Source: an uncultured Nitrososphaerota archaeon (lineage in GTDB: Archaea; Thermoproteota; Methanomethylicia; Methanomethylicales; Methanomethylicaceae). From it: a stretch of 60,090 nt of DNA. The DNA lies in contig CAYZHK010000001.1 in the NCBI GenBank assembly GCA_964477685.1, forward strand, positions 1-60,090, read 5' to 3'. Positions 18,570 through 26,652 of the stretch are shown in pieces. Every line of letters starts with the position of its first letter. Within the stretch, counting starts at the first letter, position 1. A program made the position numbers and the translations under genes. The notes under the pieces were generated by a model. It was not told the DNA's origin. It did no database searches and saw only the letters and a program-made list of their open reading frames with translations.

Positions 18570-18914
18570 GTGATGCCTATGATAGAAAAAAAGTTCAAGT
18601 CAGCATTCATCGCCCACGTTCCCGACTCCAACTCCTCCCGAGACAGGTGCACTCTGAAGACACCCTCCTATGAGCTCACCAGCGTCCTTGTCAGGGATGA
18701 TGAAGAAGCCTTGAAGGTCTGCACTGAGCTGGTAAATAAAGGGGAAATAAAGTCCTTCCTCCTCTGCCCCGGCTTCACGCATGCCTCCATTGCCAAGATC
18801 ATGGAGATTGCGGGGAAGGGGGGCAGCGTCAGCGTCGCGAGGGGCGATCCCCCGAGCACTATGGCAGCCCAAACCATGATGAGCGAGGCCGGATGGTTCA
18901 GGAAGCCAAAATGA
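18570..18914 (+). CDS. Hypothetical small soluble protein
   Basis: 114-aa ORF directly upstream of the ABC ATPase. No motif recognised. Confidence 0.45.
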   Translation: MMPMIEKKFKSAFIAHVPDSNSSRDRCTLKTPSYELTSVLVRDDEEALKVCTELVNKGEIKSFLLCPGFTHASIAKIMEIAGKGGSVSVARGDPPSTMAAQTMMSEAGWFRKPK

Positions 18915-18933
18915 TCTGAGCGGTCGGATCCGG

Positions 18934-19749
18934 ATGCAGGAACAACCCCGCGCCAATGGGCCCATGATCGAGGCTAAGGGCCTGACCAAGCAGTTCGGCC
19001 CGGTCCAAGCCGTGTCAGATCTGAACCTGCGGATCATGCCAGGGGAGATCTACGGGCTGCTGGGCCCGAATGGCGCCGGCAAGACCACAACCATAAAGGT
19101 CCTCCTCGGTCTCCTGGAGCCAACCTCCGGCTCGATCAAGGTCGCCGGCCATGACCCTGTTAAAAGCCCGATCGATGTCAAGGCAAAAATTGGCTACGTG
19201 GCCGAGAACCCCATCATATACGACTCCCTCTCGCCCCGGGACTTCCTCGAGTTCATCGTCTCCATAAGGAAGACTAACCCCAAGGCCTCCAACGAAATGG
19301 TCACCAGCCTTGCAGCCGCCTTCGACATGGCCAAGTACTTCGACTCCCCCATGGCAACCCTCTCGCTGGGTATGAAGCAGAAGGTGGCCATCATTGCTGC
19401 GCTCATCCACCAGCCGCCCGTGCTGCTGCTGGACGAGCCGCTCAACGGCCTGGACGCAAAGAGCAGCCGCATTGTCAAGGACTTGGTCGCCTTCCACGCC
19501 GAGAAGGGGGGCGCGGTTCTCTTTTCGACCCACATAATGGAGGTGGCCCAGAACATCTGCACCAGGATCGGGATAATCCACCAGGGGAGGCTGATAGCCG
19601 AAGGGACGCTCGAGCAGCTCAGGGGCCAGACGGCGGACAGGGGTGGGACCCTTGAGGAGGTCTTCCTGAAGCTCACCCACGAAGAGGAGGCCGTGGCCGA
19701 CACAACGAAGATGCTCCGGGAGGCATTCTTCAGGAATGAAAATAGCTGA
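18934..19749 (+). CDS. ABC transporter ATP-binding protein
   Basis: Walker A GPNGAGKTT, signature LSLGMKQK, Walker B LLLDEPLNGLD. Confidence 0.9.
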   Translation: MQEQPRANGPMIEAKGLTKQFGPVQAVSDLNLRIMPGEIYGLLGPNGAGKTTTIKVLLGLLEPTSGSIKVAGHDPVKSPIDVKAKIGYVAENPIIYDSLSPRDFLEFIVSIRKTNPKASNEMVTSLAAAFDMAKYFDSPMATLSLGMKQKVAIIAALIHQPPVLLLDEPLNGLDAKSSRIVKDLVAFHAEKGGAVLFSTHIMEVAQNICTRIGIIHQGRLIAEGTLEQLRGQTADRGGTLEEVFLKLTHEEEAVADTTKMLREAFFRNENS

Positions 19750-21355
19750 AGCCTGGCGCCTCAGTCGGATTCCCTACAAGGAGGTCGTCTACCGCTCCCT
19801 GGCGGAGGAGAAGGGGCGCATGTGGTGGGGGGCCTTCGGGAGGAGCCAGCCGGGTGGCGAGGGCCCCGGCGACCTTGAGTTGACCGAGAGGGCGCTGAGG
19901 ATAGCAAAGTTCGATAAGGTCATCGTGGCCGCATTCAACATCATAGTGGCTGCAATCCCCTTTGCCCCATACTTCCTTGGGACCGGGGACTTCGGGCTGG
20001 CGAGCTCCATAGCCCTGAGCCTCATTGTCACCTTCGGCTTCACGACACTTTACGCCATCCAGACCCTCTCATCCTTCGTGGGCGCCGAGTCCACGGCCCT
20101 TCTCTCTGCCCTCCCCATAGCGCAGGGGGACTTCTCACTGATGACGCTCTTCTCCTTCATCCGGTCGGTGGATTATATGGTGATTGGCTCTGTCCTCTGC
20201 CAGGTGGCTGCCGTAGCCCTCCTGACCGGCTCCGCCTACGCAACCCTGATCATGCTTGCCGCCTCGGCCATAAATGCCCTCTTTGCCGTTGCTGCTGCCC
20301 TCTGGTTCTCCAGGGTCTTCCAGACCACTATCATGCGGGGCGGGAGGTCGAAGGCCACCACAGCCCTGCGGGTGGTCTTCATCCTGATGTGGGGCTTCCT
20401 CCTGGTCGGCGTGGGCCTCATGTTCACCCTCCCCTGGTACCTCGTAGGCAATCTGGACGTGACCCTCCTCGGGCTCAACAGCCTCTCGCTGCCCCTCTCC
20501 TGCCTCTATCCCTTCTCCGCCGGCATAGTGATAGCAGACCTCTTGGGTTCCCATGTCGCCTCCGCCGTTGCGTCCGCAGCCTCCTTTGCGCTGCTGCTGT
20601 ACCTCCTCTTTGCTGCCCTCGCGGGGAGGTGGAGCCTAGGGACCGTCAGAAACATATCGAGGGGGGTGGGGGTGAAGGTATCTCGCGTCGCAGCCAAGGA
20701 CTTCTCCATCAGGCCCCATTCCCAGCTGCTGGGCTATGTGCTGAAGGATCTCAAGATCTCCTCCCGGAACCCTGCCACCGCCTTCTTCTTCGCCCTCCCC
20801 CTGCTGGAGGCGCTCATCATAACCATGCTCGTCTCCAATGCGGGCATGATGAGGACAGCCGCCGTGCTTACCGCCACTGCCATGGGGGCAACTTTCGCCC
20901 TCATCTCGCCGCTCGCCCTGCTGAGCGCCGAGGGGAAGGGGCTGGAGTATACCAAGACCCTCCCGATCAGCTCGCGAAGGATAGTCCTTTCCAAGGCGCT
21001 GATCTCTTCCGCGACCTTTGCCTTCGTGCCCATGGTGATAGCCGGTATCTCCCTCCTCAGGCCCCTCACCTCGGCCACTGCAATACTGATCCCTCTGCTG
21101 TCGGTCCTCGCAGTGGCATCAGCAAGCATCTTTGAAATCGTAATGTTTCTCAGGACCACGTCCAAGGGGCAGGTGTCTGCCATCGCAAATGATGTGCAAA
21201 AACTGTCCATCGGCGTGGTCGTCGTGCTGGCTCCAATGGTTGCCTATGCCTTGGCCTATCTCCTCTTTCCTGACCGCATTGTTCCCCCCCTCTCCATGGC
21301 CATAGCCGTGCTCACCGAGCTGGCCATCGCGATCCGTGTGCTCAATAGGTGTTAG
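19736..21355 (+). CDS. Polytopic membrane protein, putative permease partner of the ABC ATPase
   Basis: 539 aa with more than 10 hydrophobic segments. Overlaps the ATPase stop by 14 nt. Confidence 0.65.
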   Translation: MKIAEAWRLSRIPYKEVVYRSLAEEKGRMWWGAFGRSQPGGEGPGDLELTERALRIAKFDKVIVAAFNIIVAAIPFAPYFLGTGDFGLASSIALSLIVTFGFTTLYAIQTLSSFVGAESTALLSALPIAQGDFSLMTLFSFIRSVDYMVIGSVLCQVAAVALLTGSAYATLIMLAASAINALFAVAAALWFSRVFQTTIMRGGRSKATTALRVVFILMWGFLLVGVGLMFTLPWYLVGNLDVTLLGLNSLSLPLSCLYPFSAGIVIADLLGSHVASAVASAASFALLLYLLFAALAGRWSLGTVRNISRGVGVKVSRVAAKDFSIRPHSQLLGYVLKDLKISSRNPATAFFFALPLLEALIITMLVSNAGMMRTAAVLTATAMGATFALISPLALLSAEGKGLEYTKTLPISSRRIVLSKALISSATFAFVPMVIAGISLLRPLTSATAILIPLLSVLAVASASIFEIVMFLRTTSKGQVSAIANDVQKLSIGVVVVLAPMVAYALAYLLFPDRIVPPLSMAIAVLTELAIAIRVLNRC

Positions 21356-21472
21356 GCCAGTCCGCCCCCAGGCCGAAACGCCCCGGCGAAATGCCATTCC
21401 TACGATCCTCCCCATTCGGAATTGCCTTTAAAAACCGATAAAAGCCCAGCTTCCGATATTAGCACCATACGG

Positions 21473-22222
21473 ATGAGGTGGAGGCCAATGCCACCAAGAA
21501 GAGATAACCCCGCTGATACCAGCCCCATGAAGATAAGGGTTACGGCCAATGGCCCCTACCTTGTCTCAGGCGGTGTGCCCCTCACCAGACAGCTGATAGT
21601 GAGCGACTCGGACGAGGTGGCGACAGAATATCGCCAGCTTGAAAAATACTCTGCAGGGGGGTCCTACGCCCTTTGCAGATGCGGTCGTTCCTCCAAAAAT
21701 CCCTACTGCGACGGCACCCATGCCAGGGTCAAGTTCAACGGCAGGGAGACTGCCACCGAGTCCTATCTGGAAAAACCTGAAAGGTTCGGCGGCCCTACCC
21801 TGGAGCTGACCGACTATGAGCCGCTCTGCGCTGCGGCGCGCTTCTGCCTCAGGGCCGGGGGCATCTGGAAGCTGATGAAAAGGACTAACGATCCAGCCGT
21901 GAAGGAGATTGTGATTCAGGAGACCGCGGACTGCCCTTCAGGGCGTCTTGTGGTCAGCGATAAAAAGACCAAGGCCGTCATAGAGCCAACCCTCGCCAAG
22001 TCCATAGCTGTCCTGGAGGACCCGGTGGGAAGCGGGCTGGGTCCCTACTGGGTCAAAGGAGGGATCCCTGTCATATCATCGGAAGGCAAGGCCTACACCC
22101 TGAGGAACCGCATCACCCTGTGCCGCTGCGGCAAATCCAAAAACATGCCATTCTGCGACAGCAGCCACTACGTCGAGAAGCACACTCGCGGAGGGGTTTC
22201 CCATAGGCGAAATTGGAAATAA
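21473..22222 (+). CDS. CDGSH iron-sulfur domain protein (two CDGSH-type motifs)
   Basis: CRCGRSSKNPYCDGTH and CRCGKSKNMPFCDSSH. The tracked TTG start at 21422 lies inside a TATA-like tract (TTTAAAAACCGATAAAAG), so ATG 21473 or 21527 is more plausible. Confidence 0.8.
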   Translation: MRWRPMPPRRDNPADTSPMKIRVTANGPYLVSGGVPLTRQLIVSDSDEVATEYRQLEKYSAGGSYALCRCGRSSKNPYCDGTHARVKFNGRETATESYLEKPERFGGPTLELTDYEPLCAAARFCLRAGGIWKLMKRTNDPAVKEIVIQETADCPSGRLVVSDKKTKAVIEPTLAKSIAVLEDPVGSGLGPYWVKGGIPVISSEGKAYTLRNRITLCRCGKSKNMPFCDSSHYVEKHTRGGVSHRRNWK

Positions 22223-22520
22223 CGACGACCTTGATAAAATCCTGAAAGGAAAGAAGCGGGCCTATGTCCTCTTCTACGCCTCCTGGTGCCCGTTCTCCCA
22301 AAAATTCCTCCCCATTTTCCAGAAATACTCTGCTCGGATCAAGGACAGCTGCATCAGGGTCCTTATGGACGGCCGGGACAGCCTCTGCGAAGAGTACTCG
22401 ATAGAAATATTCCCCACGGTTATACTCTTCGAGGATGGCAGGGTGTTGAAACGCCTGGACGGCAAGCCGCACCAGGGTCTGGACGAGAAGCAGCTGAAGG
22501 ATCTGCTGGAGGATAGCTGA
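22203..22520 (+). CDS. Thioredoxin-fold protein with monothiol WCPFS motif; no canonical start codon
   Basis: My translation is ...IGEIGNNDDLDKILKGKKRAYVLFYASWCPFSQKFLPIF...IFPTVILFEDGRVLKRLDG...LEDS*. The frame is open from 22104, but the first ATG/GTG/TTG is at ~22362, after the active site, so it is absent from the ORF track. Confidence 0.6.
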   Translation: MGEIGNNDDLDKILKGKKRAYVLFYASWCPFSQKFLPIFQKYSARIKDSCIRVLMDGRDSLCEEYSIEIFPTVILFEDGRVLKRLDGKPHQGLDEKQLKDLLEDS

Positions 22521-22620
22521 GCCGCCAGAAAGTCTACTCCTCCCCATGCGGCCTGGCCTTTGCCTCTCTTCGAAAAGGGGTCCCCATGCAATATCCGGCA
22601 ATCGAGTTGGGCTGCGGGGA

Positions 22621-23559
22621 TTATATGTACTCGATTGTACTGGGCGGCTTTGGCGTCAGGTCGTAGAGAACCTTGACCACTGAGGGGATGTCCTTCAGAA
22701 TGCGGTCCCGTATCCTCTCCATCCTCTCCCAGTCAAGCCGTGTGGGTGTCGCCGTCATGGCATCCTTCGAGTCCACTGCCCTCACAACGATGATCTCACC
22801 GAACTTCCTCTTCCCGTTCACAACTCCAGTGGCCATGTCGCTGAGGAGAATGGCAAAAGCCTGGAAGCAGGGGAGCCCGTCTGTCTCCTCCTCGACTATA
22901 CTTGTGGCCCTCCTGACAGTCCCTATGCGCTTGGGTGTGACCTCTCCTATCACCCTCAGCGAGAGCGCCGGCCCGGGAAACGGCCTCCGGTTGTACATCT
23001 CCTTCGGCAGTTTCAGCCTCTCGCCCACTGCCCTGACCTCTGGCTTGTAGAGATCCGCCAACGGTTCAAGGATCTTGAAGCCGTATTCCTCGAATGACTT
23101 AATGCCAATCTGATCAAGGACATTGTGCTGGGTCTTCACCCCGCCCTTAGTCTCAACGACATCGGCTGCAATTGTCCCCTGTATGAGGTACTCTGCCCCC
23201 TCCCTCTTGGCTGCCTCGGAGAATGTCCTGTAGAAGGTCTCCCTAAAGGCCTTCCGCTTCTCTTCCGGATCTGTCAGGCCCCTGAAGGCCTCGAAGAAAG
23301 GCTCCCTCACGCGGTAGAGCTTTACATTCAGCCCCAATGACTTTAGCCTAGCTACCACATCCTCCGGCTCCCCCTCCCTCATCAAGCCGTCGTCAAGAAA
23401 CCCGACCACCGTCCTCTTGCCGACTGCCCTGTGGCCCAATACGGCAGAGACTGTGCTGTCGACACCCCCTGAAGTTGCTGCGAATGCCTTGCTGTCTCCT
23501 ATGGCCTTCTTTAGCCAGGAAACCTTCTCCTCGATGAATGAATCAGGATTGAATCCCAT
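22621..23559 (-). CDS. guaA: GMP synthase (glutamine-hydrolysing) subunit B, ATP-pyrophosphatase subunit
   Basis: PP-loop ATSGGVDSTV, FPGPALSLRV, C-terminal KPPSTIEYI. Start taken at Met24 (MGFNPDS); the ORF extends to 23628. Confidence 0.85.
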   Translation of the reverse strand: MGFNPDSFIEEKVSWLKKAIGDSKAFAATSGGVDSTVSAVLGHRAVGKRTVVGFLDDGLMREGEPEDVVARLKSLGLNVKLYRVREPFFEAFRGLTDPEEKRKAFRETFYRTFSEAAKREGAEYLIQGTIAADVVETKGGVKTQHNVLDQIGIKSFEEYGFKILEPLADLYKPEVRAVGERLKLPKEMYNRRPFPGPALSLRVIGEVTPKRIGTVRRATSIVEEETDGLPCFQAFAILLSDMATGVVNGKRKFGEIIVVRAVDSKDAMTATPTRLDWERMERIRDRILKDIPSVVKVLYDLTPKPPSTIEYI

Positions 23560-23690
23560 AGCCTTCCCACTTGCTCTCAACCTATTGCTTCGTCTCCTTA
23601 AAAAGGCCAGGTTGCCCGGAAAAACCAAACAGGGATGCCTCGGGCCCTCGATTTCCCAAAGCCTAAATATGAAACCAGAGTGTTATTCAT

Positions 23691-24638
23691 ATGGCGCTGC
23701 CTCTTTCCATCGAGGCATTGGTCATTGTTTTCCCCTTTGCCTTCTCTCTGGTCCTCCTCAGCATTGTAAGGAAGACCGAGATATACTGCCGGGAGCCCTG
23801 GCCATGGGTCTTATCCACCTTCATCTACGGCTCAACGTTCGCAGTCTTCCTTGCCATGATCATCAGCGAAGGCGCATCGATATTTCTTGGGCTGCTGGCT
23901 CTCCCACCGACCCTCTTTACCCTCGCCACCGCCGTCGTGGTGGCCCCGATAGTGGAGGAGAGCCTGAAGGCCACAGGCGTACTCTCGGCAAGGTCAAAAC
24001 TCACCGAGGTTGAGAACGGCATAATCTACGGCTCTGCCGTGGGTCTGGGCTTCTCGGCCACCGAGAATATCCTCTATTTCGTGAGCGCCTACTACATGGC
24101 AGGCGCAGTGGCGCTCATCTCGTCCATATTGCTGAGGTTCATGACCTCCACCTTCCTGCACCTGGGGGCCAGCGGGGTGGCAGGCTACGGCATCGGAATA
24201 GCCAACGTCCAGAGGGCGGCCGGGATAAAACCCATAGACTGGAGGCCATATCTCTTCGCTGCCATGGGTCTCCACTCCCTCTTCAATTTCATTTCATTCC
24301 TGCCCGCCCTGCTGAGCGGGCAGTACAGCACTGAGATATTGGTTGCATCATTCCTTATGGGGATTGTCATGGTCTGGCTCGTTTTCATAATCCTGAGAAG
24401 GAAGATAAAAACGCTGGACAGGACCTCCGGCTGCGCCGTCCAGGGCAGTCCGCCCATATCCCCCAGTGCAGCTAACCTTTGGCGAAACAGCAAACTACCT
24501 TTTTTCCAACGCCGCCCAGGCGCTCCTCTGCCATCCCCAGGCTCAATTAGCCCCGTTTCCAGCGGTTCATTTTGTGAGGCCCTCCATGGAGGGGGGCGGG
24601 ACCGACGCCTTCGCCACAGCCAGGATCCCAGGCTCTGA
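23691..24638 (+). CDS. PrsW-family intramembrane metalloprotease
   Basis: Multi-TM protein with IVEESLKATG (EExxK) and HSLFNF (HxxxN) motifs. Confidence 0.7.
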   Translation: MALPLSIEALVIVFPFAFSLVLLSIVRKTEIYCREPWPWVLSTFIYGSTFAVFLAMIISEGASIFLGLLALPPTLFTLATAVVVAPIVEESLKATGVLSARSKLTEVENGIIYGSAVGLGFSATENILYFVSAYYMAGAVALISSILLRFMTSTFLHLGASGVAGYGIGIANVQRAAGIKPIDWRPYLFAAMGLHSLFNFISFLPALLSGQYSTEILVASFLMGIVMVWLVFIILRRKIKTLDRTSGCAVQGSPPISPSAANLWRNSKLPFFQRRPGAPLPSPGSISPVSSGSFCEALHGGGRDRRLRHSQDPRL

Positions 24639-24727
24639 CCTTAAGGTAGTTCAAGATCTGGGCGAGACTGGCATTCTATGCCCTTTTCCGGCTTGAGTGG
24701 CTCTGCCGGTGATCCACCAGCCCTTCC

Positions 24728-25279
24728 TCAGATCCTTGAGAGGAGGGCGCTCCTCTTCTCCCCATACTCTTCCTCGCTTATTATGCCGAGGTCGCGCAGC
24801 TCCTTCAGTTTCTTCAGCTCGTCGTAGGGGCTGTCGGAGGGCAGTTTGCCTCTGGAGATAGCTATCCGCTCCTCTATGAGCCTGACCACCTCGACTGCGG
24901 TCTCCTTGGGTATGGCCGCGATTGCAGGTGCGCGCTTCCCGCTCGCCTTCGTGAACTTCTCCAGGTCTGACGTCAGGCCTGGCGCAGAAATTACCACTTC
25001 GCAGGTGAAGAGCCCCTTCTCCAGATTGACCGCCATTATCTCCTCATAGGGGATGGCCAGGACATTCTCCCTCAGGCCCAGGAGCATGGGGTTCCTCAGG
25101 ATGAGTTTCTTGTTGGTTATGAATATCGTGTTTGGAGTCACCGTCGAGCCTCCGGGGGCGAGCCTGCTCTGGGTGACAACCATCAGCACATCCTCGTCGG
25201 GCTTGAGGTACTTGGCTATCTTTTTTATCTCCTCCTCCTTGGAGGCCTCCTTGCTCTCCTTGTCATCCTCAAAAAGCAT
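24728..25279 (-). CDS. Bacterial-type PH domain protein with a C-terminal SHOCT motif
   Basis: Central YdbT-like PH region. The C-terminal LKKLKELRDLGIISEEEYGEKRSALLSRI is a typical SHOCT. Confidence 0.6.
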   Translation of the reverse strand: MLFEDDKESKEASKEEEIKKIAKYLKPDEDVLMVVTQSRLAPGGSTVTPNTIFITNKKLILRNPMLLGLRENVLAIPYEEIMAVNLEKGLFTCEVVISAPGLTSDLEKFTKASGKRAPAIAAIPKETAVEVVRLIEERIAISRGKLPSDSPYDELKKLKELRDLGIISEEEYGEKRSALLSRI

Positions 25280-25357
25280 TGCCCTGCCTCTCCTGGTTCT
25301 GTCTCCGCTCCGGAATGATCAATAGCTCTGCACTGGGTGATAGCCTTGACGGTCTCC

Positions 25358-25831
25358 TCAAACCCTGCAGCTGCCGCCCATCTTTTCGGAGTATCTCTGG
25401 TGGTGCTCCTCAGCCCTCCAGAACTTTGATGCCGGGACTATCTGGGTCACAATCGGCCGCCGGTATTTCCCCGACCGCTCAAGCTCCTCCTTGGACCTTG
25501 CCGCCAGAGTGCCCTGTTCCTTGCTGTGGTAGAAAATCACGGTCCGGTACTGCGTCCCTGCATCAGGGCCCTGCATGTCCTTCACAGTAGGGTTGATATT
25601 TGCCCAAAATATCTCCAGGAGCCTTCCATAGGTAATCTTCTCGCTGTCGTAGGTGACCTCCACAACCTCGGCATGGCCGGTCCTACCGGTGCAGACCTCC
25701 CTGTACGAGGGGTTCTCCTTCGTGCCCCCCATAAACCCCACTGCCGTGCCGACCACGCCCGGCACTCTGTTGAACACCTCTTCGGAGTGCCAGAAGCATC
25801 CCATGCCGAAAGTTGCTTTTTCCAGTGCCAT
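25358..25831 (-). CDS. msrA: Peptide-methionine (S)-S-oxide reductase
   Basis: ATFGMGCFWHSEEVF active-site motif, HAEVVEVTYD, 157 aa. Confidence 0.9.
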   Translation of the reverse strand: MALEKATFGMGCFWHSEEVFNRVPGVVGTAVGFMGGTKENPSYREVCTGRTGHAEVVEVTYDSEKITYGRLLEIFWANINPTVKDMQGPDAGTQYRTVIFYHSKEQGTLAARSKEELERSGKYRRPIVTQIVPASKFWRAEEHHQRYSEKMGGSCRV

Positions 25832-25885
25832 AGGCGACTATTCCGGCATCCCACTATTATTCTTGCCCGCAGGCACCGGCGCGCA

Positions 25886-26542
25886 TCAGGGCTCATTCAT
25901 GAAGGCCACAAACTCCTCCAGAGATCGGTCCCTGAGGGTGTAGTTGGTCCTCCTCTCCTCGCCAATGGTGGAGTAGGGCTTTTTGCCGTAGTCATGGCCC
26001 GGATAGAGGCGCGTCCCTTCCCCCAGCCCCAGCAGCTTCCCGAAGAGGCTGCCGTAGAGGGCACGGCTGTCCCCGCCCGGGAGGTCTGTCCTGCCGCATT
26101 CCCCGACAAAGAGAGTATCGCCCGTGAAGACAGCGCCATCTATCAGAATGGATATTCCGTCTGCCGTATGGCCGGGGGTGTGGATTATCCTCACCTCAAG
26201 CCCCCCCACCCTCATGGTCTCCCCATCGGCAAGATGCCTGTCCGCCACCAGCGGCGAAAGGCTGTGGACAGCCACCTCTCCTCCCAGCGCCTTCTTGACT
26301 GCCGCCAGACCCGCCGAATGGTCCGCATGGTGGTGCGTGGCGATGATTAGCCTGGCCCTGACGCCCTCCCTCCTGGCCACCGATATGACCTCCTCCGAAT
26401 TGAAGCCGGGGTCAATGACAATCCCTTGGAGGCCCTCCTCGTCCCAGGCAAGGTAAGCGAAGTTGTCCCCATGGCTCTTTATCTGCTCGACCCGCAATGC
26501 CTGTCCCCACAGCAGATGTCCGCGCCAACTCCTATTAACCAA
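25886..26542 (-). CDS. MBL-fold metallo-hydrolase (glyoxalase II-like)
   Basis: THHHADHSAG, HTPGHT and a GDTLF motif. Confidence 0.8.
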   Translation of the reverse strand: MVNRSWRGHLLWGQALRVEQIKSHGDNFAYLAWDEEGLQGIVIDPGFNSEEVISVARREGVRARLIIATHHHADHSAGLAAVKKALGGEVAVHSLSPLVADRHLADGETMRVGGLEVRIIHTPGHTADGISILIDGAVFTGDTLFVGECGRTDLPGGDSRALYGSLFGKLLGLGEGTRLYPGHDYGKKPYSTIGEERRTNYTLRDRSLEEFVAFMNEP

Positions 26543-26652
26543 GCGGTGCCTGAAGTGCGCCGGTAAACGCCTGCCAGTCGCCAGCCCAGGCGCCCAATCG
26601 GCACTCTTATTATGACTTCAGCTGAGGTTAAAACCGGCGATGGAGAGCTAAA

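Noticed and set aside
22113-22601. A 162-aa minus-strand ORF between the CDGSH gene and guaA.
   Set aside because: It is antisense to the thioredoxin-fold reading frame, which has clear active-site and cis-Pro motifs. The minus-strand product has no motif.
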